A DNA stretch of 64,000 nucleotides, from contig OZ271918.1 in NCBI GenBank assembly GCA_965602015.1, positions 2,944,001 to 3,008,000 of the forward strand. Direction: 5' to 3'. Shown one piece after another: positions 57,345 through 64,000 of this stretch (position 1 is its first letter; every line of letters starts with the position of its first letter). Source of the stretch: Salinispira sp. GTDB taxonomy: Bacteria; Spirochaetota; Spirochaetia; DSM-27196; Salinispiraceae. The notes below the pieces were generated by a model, which saw nothing but the letters and a program-made list of their open reading frames with translations, was not told where the DNA came from and searched no databases. The position numbers and the translations under genes are program-made.

Positions 57345-58907
57345 ATGCACCACCACTGCGCGTATTTCCACGACGACGAACTCCTGCCCGCTGAACTGCG
57401 GGAAGCCCTTGAGGAAAGCAGCTACGATTTCTTCCTGGGCAGCACCCCAGAAGAGAGTGGATGTTCTGCGGTCGCACAATCCGGGGAACCCCGGACCCGT
57501 GCCCTGCATGAAATGACCAGGGCTCTTTTTGCCCTGGCATCTCCGGTGCGCCGCTTGACCGAAGGCAATGGGGAGATCAGCCAGAGAATATCCCACGACC
57601 TGGTTCATCAGCTGGGTCACGTATTCGCCGATTCCAACGAGGCGGCTGCATTAGGCGCTCTCGAGCGGCTTCGAAACCGGCTGGCCGGCAGAGATGCCCG
57701 TTCCAGACTCGCAGTGCAGACGTCCCTGGGACTGCACAGCCCCCGGGCCGAGCGCTTGTGCCACCGGGGAAACCATGAATCCCGGGACCTTCGCCGGGAA
57801 GCCCTTGAGCAGGAGACCATCCGCGAACTGGATCTCTGTCTCGACCGCTATGAGCGAAGGGTGTACCGCTCAATGATCAGGAGCCACATTCCGGGCATCG
57901 CAAAAGATCTGTTGCGCGACAGCCGTGAGCTGACCGATGTTTCAGAAAAAATGCAGCACTATTTCGGGATCAGTTCAGGCCGCTGGGATCTGCGCAAGGG
58001 CAGCTGGCGTCAGGTACCCTGGGATCTGTTCGCCGCAAGCCAGAACATGCTGGACAGCGATGCGAGCATCCGCGCTTTGGCAGAGATCCTCGGCAGAGGG
58101 CCCGGGCGCAACGCCGGCGACCGTCAGACCGAAAAAACCGTCGAGGTAATGCGGGAAAAAACCGTGAGCCATCGGGAATACCTGGGCCGAAGCGAAATTC
58201 TCGGGGTTGAGTTCGGCGACGATATCAACATCCTTCTGCCGGGGGAATATACCCGGCTCCTGGACAGCGACAGCGAGCTGCGTTTTTTCAAGGAACTGCT
58301 TGAGGGAGAGCTTCTGGTCGCCCGATACCGCCGCGAAGCTCACCGGAGCCGGGTAGAACGGGTCAAAGCATTGGAAAAACGGGTGTTCGACGAGCCTCAG
58401 GGCCCCCTGATAATCTGTATCGACACCAGCGGGAGCATGGCCGGCTGGCCCGAGCAGGTTGCCAAGGCGTTGAGCATGGCCCTGATACGGATCTGCTGGC
58501 AGCAAAAGCGCCAGCTGTATGCGGTGCTGTTCTCTACGGAAATAATGGAGATGGATCTTAGTGACCTGAACTCCGGCATTGATCAGCTCTCGGCCTTTAT
58601 GTCGATGGAGTTTCGGGGGGGCACCGATTTGAGGCCAGCCTTGCGGGCTTCGGTGGAAACCATCAAAACAAACAAATTCAAAAATGCCGACCTGCTCATC
58701 GTTTCGGATTTCCGGGTACCAAAAATCATGATTAAACAGAGCCGAGCCCTTGAAAGCCTGCGGCGCGACGGGGGAAACCGGGTACACGCCCTGACTGTTG
58801 GCCTGCATCCGGTAATAGACAACTTCAACATGTTCGACAGCCAGTGGCATTACCGGATTTCCCGGGGCGGACAGGGCCTGGGAGTGACCGGCCTGGTCGA
58901 AGTGTGA
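57345..58907 (+). CDS. VWA domain protein, ViaA-like
   Basis: GPLIICIDTSGSM MIDAS, GGTD, ADLLIVSDF; immediately follows the MoxR ATPase. Confidence 0.85.
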   Translation: MHHHCAYFHDDELLPAELREALEESSYDFFLGSTPEESGCSAVAQSGEPRTRALHEMTRALFALASPVRRLTEGNGEISQRISHDLVHQLGHVFADSNEAAALGALERLRNRLAGRDARSRLAVQTSLGLHSPRAERLCHRGNHESRDLRREALEQETIRELDLCLDRYERRVYRSMIRSHIPGIAKDLLRDSRELTDVSEKMQHYFGISSGRWDLRKGSWRQVPWDLFAASQNMLDSDASIRALAEILGRGPGRNAGDRQTEKTVEVMREKTVSHREYLGRSEILGVEFGDDINILLPGEYTRLLDSDSELRFFKELLEGELLVARYRREAHRSRVERVKALEKRVFDEPQGPLIICIDTSGSMAGWPEQVAKALSMALIRICWQQKRQLYAVLFSTEIMEMDLSDLNSGIDQLSAFMSMEFRGGTDLRPALRASVETIKTNKFKNADLLIVSDFRVPKIMIKQSRALESLRRDGGNRVHALTVGLHPVIDNFNMFDSQWHYRISRGGQGLGVTGLVEV

Positions 58908-58960
58908 AGGAGTTCCCGCAGCGAGTTGACTTTTTATCCCCAGGCGTCATCTTATTAGCT

Positions 58961-59896
58961 ATGGCAGATATACACCGGCTCACCGATGAGCTCCTGAAAT
59001 CCTATAATGACATCGGCGGCATAAACCACATACACGGTCCGAATCTTCCCAGCAGACTCGGGGTTCAGAACATTATCAGCGATCTGGAAAGCCTGATATT
59101 TCCGGGCTTCAAGGCCGAAGAGCCCCTGGACTCGGCCAATCTGCAGTTTTCCATAGCCGAGACCCTGAACAGGGTGAGCAGGAATCTCTCGAAGGAGATT
59201 ACCCGGAGCCTGTGCTACAAGCGCCGGGTTGAGGGCGACCGCTATTGCATGAGCCACGGCCAGAGCAAACAGGTATCGGTGTGCAGAACCGATGCAGAAC
59301 GGGAAGCCGCCCTGGTTCTCGAAACAATTCCGGGACTCAGGAAGGTTGTCCAGAAAGACGTTGAAGCGGCATTCCAGGGCGACCCCGCAAGCCAGTCCCA
59401 CGAAGAAGTCATTCTCGCCTACCCTGGTGTTGAAGCCATCATGATTCATCGGGTCGCTCACGAAATGTGGATTCGGGACATCCCCCTCATCCCCCGGCTA
59501 ATGAGCGAAATTATCCACGGCAAAACCGGCATAGACATTCACCCCGGAGCGCAAATCGGAGAGTATTTCTTCATCGACCACGCCACCGGAGTGGTCATCG
59601 GAGAAACCACCGTCATCGGCAAAAATGTAAAAATATATCAGGGGGTTACCCTCGGTGCGCTGTCGGTTCGTAAGGAAAAAGCGAACCAAAAGCGCCATCC
59701 CACCATTGAAGACAACGTGACCATTTATTCCGGCGCAACTATCCTGGGCGGAAAAACCGTCATCGGACAGGGTTCGGTAATCGGAGGGAACGTGTGGCTG
59801 ACCCATTCGGTGCCCGCGGGCAGCACGGTGTACAACAATGATCCGGATTATACAATCAGAAATAAATACGAGTACTTGCCGGATTTTCAGATTTAA
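58961..59896 (+). CDS. cysE: Serine O-acetyltransferase (CysE/EpsC type)
   Basis: GDPA, TGIDIHPGAQIG, IDHATGVVIGET, YQGVTLG, KRHPTI. Confidence 0.93.
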   Translation: MADIHRLTDELLKSYNDIGGINHIHGPNLPSRLGVQNIISDLESLIFPGFKAEEPLDSANLQFSIAETLNRVSRNLSKEITRSLCYKRRVEGDRYCMSHGQSKQVSVCRTDAEREAALVLETIPGLRKVVQKDVEAAFQGDPASQSHEEVILAYPGVEAIMIHRVAHEMWIRDIPLIPRLMSEIIHGKTGIDIHPGAQIGEYFFIDHATGVVIGETTVIGKNVKIYQGVTLGALSVRKEKANQKRHPTIEDNVTIYSGATILGGKTVIGQGSVIGGNVWLTHSVPAGSTVYNNDPDYTIRNKYEYLPDFQI

Positions 59897-59918
59897 GCGC
59901 GAGCCCCTGGTTCAGGAC

Positions 59919-60812
59919 TCAGCGCTGTCGATACTCAAGGGATATGTATGAAGTGCTGTAGTTTGGCACATTGTGGAGCCATTCCAAAAACTTTTCCGCC
60001 TCAGCCTTGACCTCGAAGGGTCCGTAGCGCAGTCGGTAAAACAGCCGCTCACCGGTGTTCAAGGTGCTGATTCGCCCGCCGAATCCATGGCTCAACAGCT
60101 CCTCCCGAACCCGGGTTACGCTCTCAATGCTCGGACTGGCAAAAACCTGTATCCAGTATTCCTCGACCTGCATTACAGCGTTTTCGCGAACCGAAGGCTT
60201 TTCGGCATCTTCACCGGCGGATCCCGCTGCGGAAACGGCGCTGCTTCGGGACGGACCGCTCTCCCGGCTGCTGCCGGCGGTCGAAGCGCCATGCGGAGCC
60301 GCTCCCTGTTGCGCGGCAGCAGGAGCAGCAGCCTGATTTCCAGACTGATGCACCGGCGAGGCGGATTCGCCTGAGGAGCCCGGCATATTGTTCTGCGCGG
60401 CACTGACTTGTTGTTGATATCCCGCTGGCTCATCGGCCCGGCGTGCGGAGCTTTCGGCGGACCCGTCATCCCGGTTGGCAACCTGTCCGTAAACCTGCTG
60501 CTGGCGGAAAACCAGGGGCATGCCGTCCTCGGGTTGAGCGTCGGCCTGCTCTTGGGAACCATCGCTTGCAGAGCCGTCAAGTTCCCCTTCACTGCCGCCT
60601 GCTCCGTCCTCACCGGACACCGGATCATCGGCTTGAGTACCTTCAGGGCTCCGCAGATAGAGGAAGGGGTCGAAATTTTCACTGTTCTCAAAACCGGGGT
60701 CAGCGTCGGCAAGCCTGTCTTCCGGTGAAAAAAGGAAGAGTCCGGCGGCGATTATGCCGGCGCTCACCAGAGTCACTATGAGGATGATGATGTAGGTCTT
60801 ATTCTGTTCCAT
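59919..60812 (-). CDS. SPOR domain cell-division protein
   Basis: N-terminal TM, low-complexity linker, YWIQVFAS...YRLRYGPF. Confidence 0.85.
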   Translation of the reverse strand: MEQNKTYIIILIVTLVSAGIIAAGLFLFSPEDRLADADPGFENSENFDPFLYLRSPEGTQADDPVSGEDGAGGSEGELDGSASDGSQEQADAQPEDGMPLVFRQQQVYGQVANRDDGSAESSARRADEPAGYQQQVSAAQNNMPGSSGESASPVHQSGNQAAAPAAAQQGAAPHGASTAGSSRESGPSRSSAVSAAGSAGEDAEKPSVRENAVMQVEEYWIQVFASPSIESVTRVREELLSHGFGGRISTLNTGERLFYRLRYGPFEVKAEAEKFLEWLHNVPNYSTSYISLEYRQR

Positions 60813-61399
60813 ACCCGAACCTGCAAAATCTCGTCGATACGCCGAAGCGCTTCCGCCTTCCTGCGGTTGTCTACTGTATACATATCGACATTTTGAGGCG
60901 CGAGTTGAGTTTTCAATTCATTTTGCGTGCGGATTCTTTTGAATACTTCACTCCAGGGAAGCTTATCGCGCTTCCTGGCCCGAAATGCCCTGGTGAGGCG
61001 GGGCGCATCGATCCAGAGTATAAAGTCGCAGAGGGGATGGAGATTCATTTTGAAGAGGATGGCGGCATTAATCAGCACACCCGGTCCCTCGGGCATCCGC
61101 TGTTTGTACTCTCCAATGAGCTCGGCGCAGCGCCGACGCATCTCCGGATGGACTATGGCCTCCAGCTGCTCAAGTGCCCGGGGGTCCGAGAACACCCTGG
61201 CGCCGAGCCGGCGCCGGTCTACTTCACCTCCGCTGAGGATATCATCGCTGAAGCGCTCAACCAGCTCTTCCCGACGATTTTTGAGAGCCTCATGGCCCAG
61301 GTGGTCTACTTCAATGTGATGCCATCCCCGGCTCTGGTACTCCGCTGCGATGGTGGACTTCCCCGAAGCATAGGGACCGGTGATGCCGATTACCGTCAA
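60776..61399 (-). CDS. coaE: Dephospho-CoA kinase
   Basis: GITGPYASGKST, DRRRLGARVF, LEAIVHP; follows polA. Confidence 0.92.
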   Translation of the reverse strand: MTVIGITGPYASGKSTIAAEYQSRGWHHIEVDHLGHEALKNRREELVERFSDDILSGGEVDRRRLGARVFSDPRALEQLEAIVHPEMRRRCAELIGEYKQRMPEGPGVLINAAILFKMNLHPLCDFILWIDAPRLTRAFRARKRDKLPWSEVFKRIRTQNELKTQLAPQNVDMYTVDNRRKAEALRRIDEILQVRVWNRIRPTSSSS

Positions 61400-64000
61400 T
61401 GCATCTCTCCCCAGCTGCTTCCGTTTTCAATATTCACCCGAAGGGGAACCGAGAGCTCAATGGCGCCGGGCATTATCTCATTGAGCAGGTCGCAGAGGGT
61501 TGTGACCTCATCTTCCGGAGCCTCGAAAATCAGTTCATCATGGACCTGAAGGAGCAGCTTGCTGCCCAGTCCGCGCTCATCCAGCTCGGAAGATATGCGG
61601 ATCATCGCCTGTTTGACGATGTCCGCCGCTGAGCCCTGAATCGGCGTGTTGACCGCCACCCGTTCGGCACCGCCTTTCTCGTTTTTGTTTGAGCTGTTAA
61701 TGGCGGGAATCGGCCGGCGCCGGCCCTTCATGGTGGACACAAAGAGGGATTTCTCGGCTTCCCGGACCGTCCTATCGATAAATGACCTGATGCCCGAATA
61801 GGTTTTGAAATACGCGTCGATGAAATTCTGGGCCTCGCCGCGGCTGATGCCGATTTCCCGTGCAAGGCGGAATGCGCTCATGCCGTACATAACGCCGAAG
61901 TTGATGGATTTGGCAATCCGCCGCTGCAGTGCGCTTACCTCATCGGGCTCTACCTGGAAAATCAGGCTGCCGGTGAGCCGGTGGACATCGTCGCCTTCGG
62001 CGAAGGCCCGGCTGAGGCCCGGGTCGCCGCTGAGATGGGCGAGCACCACCAGTTCAATTTGCGAATAATCCGCGGAAACGAACCGGCAGCCCTCCCGGGG
62101 TACGAAGGCCTGCCGGATCCGCCGGCCCTCCTCGTCCCTGATCGGAATATTCTGAAGATTGGGATCGTGGCTGGAAATGCGCCCGGTCGCCGTGCCGTTT
62201 TGCTGAAAACTGGAGTGTATGCGCCCGGTTCGGGGGTTTACCATGCCGGGAAGGCTGTCGACATAGGTGGATTTGAGCTTGGAAAGGGTGCGGTGTTTAA
62301 GCACGAGCTCGGGAACCCTATCCTCCTTAGCCAGCTCCTCAAGGACCGAAGTATCGGTGGAATACCCGGTCTTGGTCTTCTTTCCGGGTGTGAGCTTGCG
62401 CTCTTCGAACAGCACGGTCTGAAGTTGCTTTGTGCTGGCGATATTGAATTCATGGCCAACCAGGTCGTAAATCTCCCCTTCAATATCGCCGAGGCGGTCT
62501 GCCAGTTCCCTGCTGTACTGTTCCAACGCGGAAATATCAAGATTAATGCCTTCCAGTTCCATCTCGGCGAGTATGGGTATGAGAGGCATTTCCAGCTCGT
62601 TCAGCAGGGTAATCTGGCTATCTCCGAGGGGGTCCCGTTGGCGAAGCATTACATCAAAAAGCTGATACAGCCTGAGGGTGATATCAGCATCTTCGGCGGC
62701 GTAAAAAAGGGCCTTGTCCAGGGGGATGCGGGCAAAATCCAGACTCGAGCTCTTTGCCCGGGTGAGTTTCTCACCGGTCACCTCTTCATAAAGGGGAGTC
62801 AGTTTCTGGGTTTTGTAGTTCAGGTACTGCTCCGCTAGCGCATCCATGCCGTAGGCGTTTCTGCTGGTATCCAGAAGCCAGCCGGCGATCATGGTATCAA
62901 AATGAGGGTCGGCCATACGGATGCCCCGCACAGCCATTATTTTATAATCGTATTTTATATTCTGGCCGACTATTTTTACCCCGACATCTTCAAGAAGCTC
63001 CCGAAGTATCGGCAGGGCCTCGTCCTCGGTCAAATGGCTGCCGTTGGGCATGTCCCCGGAACGCAGTTCGGGGCTGGAGACCGGAACGTAACAGGCCTTT
63101 CCCGGGCTGCTGCAAAGACTGAATCCCGCCAGGTTTGCCGAAACGGCGTCCAGGCTGTCGGTTTCGGTGTCAAAGGCCAGGATGCCCGCCTCGCGGCACG
63201 ACGCTACCCAGCGGTTCAGCTCTTGGGCGGTGCGAACCAACTCGTAGTCAGCTGTAAGGTTTCGAAAACCCTCCAGTAGCTCATCGATTGTGCCGTCCAA
63301 CTCCCGCCGACGCTTTGCCGCCTCAGGGTCTTCGCCTTCCACTGAAGGTGAAGCCGGTCTGGAAGGACTTCCCGAGCGTTCAGACAGGCGGCCTCCGCCG
63401 GGATCCATTTCCGGACCTTCAGGGGGGTCCATGCCGTACCAGGGCGAGTTTTCGCCGGGACTGCCGCCGACCACAGCCTTAATATCCGCCGCAAGGGTTT
63501 TTATTTCATAGCTGGTCAAAAGCTCGGCGGCCGCCGGACCGTTTAGATACGAGAGCCCCAGATCATCAATAGACGGCTCCAGTTCCACGTCATCTTTGAG
63601 AATGACCAGACTCCGGCTGAGCTTGACCTGTTCCCGACCCTCCTCAAGTTTTTTCCTCCAGTTCGCCGAGCTGATGTCTTCCAGGTGTTCGTAAATGCCG
63701 TCCAGGCTGCCATACTCTGCCAACAGCTTTTCAGCGGTTTTCTGCCCTATACCCCGGACCCCGGGAACGTTGTCGGCGCTGTCTCCCAGCAGGGCCAGGT
63801 AATCAATAATCTGATCGGGCCGGACGCCCTTGTCGGTAAAGACCCCGTCTTCGTCAAGTTCCTCGAAGCCGCCGGAGCGGGAGGGTTTGAGAATTCGCAC
63901 CCGGCGGTCGACGAGCTGATAGAGATCCTTGTCGCCGGAGACAATATAACAGTCCCGGCCTTCCGCGCTGCAGCGCCTGGCCAGCGTGGCGATTATGTCA
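61396..64000 (-). CDS. polA: DNA polymerase I (5' end outside the window)
   Basis: SGDKDLYQL, GDSADNVPGV, FDTET, DYSQIEL, KSINFGVMYG, QVHDEL; frame open to the window edge. Confidence 0.97.
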   Translation of the reverse strand, partial: DIIATLARRCSAEGRDCYIVSGDKDLYQLVDRRVRILKPSRSGGFEELDEDGVFTDKGVRPDQIIDYLALLGDSADNVPGVRGIGQKTAEKLLAEYGSLDGIYEHLEDISSANWRKKLEEGREQVKLSRSLVILKDDVELEPSIDDLGLSYLNGPAAAELLTSYEIKTLAADIKAVVGGSPGENSPWYGMDPPEGPEMDPGGGRLSERSGSPSRPASPSVEGEDPEAAKRRRELDGTIDELLEGFRNLTADYELVRTAQELNRWVASCREAGILAFDTETDSLDAVSANLAGFSLCSSPGKACYVPVSSPELRSGDMPNGSHLTEDEALPILRELLEDVGVKIVGQNIKYDYKIMAVRGIRMADPHFDTMIAGWLLDTSRNAYGMDALAEQYLNYKTQKLTPLYEEVTGEKLTRAKSSSLDFARIPLDKALFYAAEDADITLRLYQLFDVMLRQRDPLGDSQITLLNELEMPLIPILAEMELEGINLDISALEQYSRELADRLGDIEGEIYDLVGHEFNIASTKQLQTVLFEERKLTPGKKTKTGYSTDTSVLEELAKEDRVPELVLKHRTLSKLKSTYVDSLPGMVNPRTGRIHSSFQQNGTATGRISSHDPNLQNIPIRDEEGRRIRQAFVPREGCRFVSADYSQIELVVLAHLSGDPGLSRAFAEGDDVHRLTGSLIFQVEPDEVSALQRRIAKSINFGVMYGMSAFRLAREIGISRGEAQNFIDAYFKTYSGIRSFIDRTVREAEKSLFVSTMKGRRRPIPAINSSNKNEKGGAERVAVNTPIQGSAADIVKQAMIRISSELDERGLGSKLLLQVHDELIFEAPEDEVTTLCDLLNEIMPGAIELSVPLRVNIENGSSWGEMH

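Overview
GC-rich bacterial chromosomal window, most likely from a free-living spirochaete (Spirochaetaceae-like). This is inferred from gene content and order such as polA-coaE-SPOR, many spirochaete-type lipoproteins and MCPs, and a tRNA lacking an encoded CCA. About 55 CDSs are supported: mostly housekeeping (ttcA, lgt, coaBC, rlmD, ndk, gpsA, cysE, coaE, partial polA, two Trk/Ktr K+ channels, a Lol-like ABC/LolA/OMP module, two MCPs, RavA/ViaA-like pair), plus one tRNA-Cys. No transposase, integrase or cas gene was seen. Most interesting: (1) a convergent, tightly coupled cluster of uncharacterised enzymes (alpha/beta hydrolase, DinB, NRDE/TANGO2, YHS, ATP-grasp, acyltransferase) linked to a CoaBC with non-canonical motifs; (2) a STAND/TPR class III nucleotide cyclase with no canonical start codon upstream of its first catalytic motif, followed by a stand-alone cNMP-binding protein; (3) an AT-rich island with a permuted NlpC/P60 lipoprotein and a frameshifted beta-propeller-like lipoprotein; (4) two intergenic repeat arrays sharing short motifs; (5) a candidate structured 5' leader on an MCP with periplasmic tandem CZB domains. 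All calls come from motif reading; no database searches were run.
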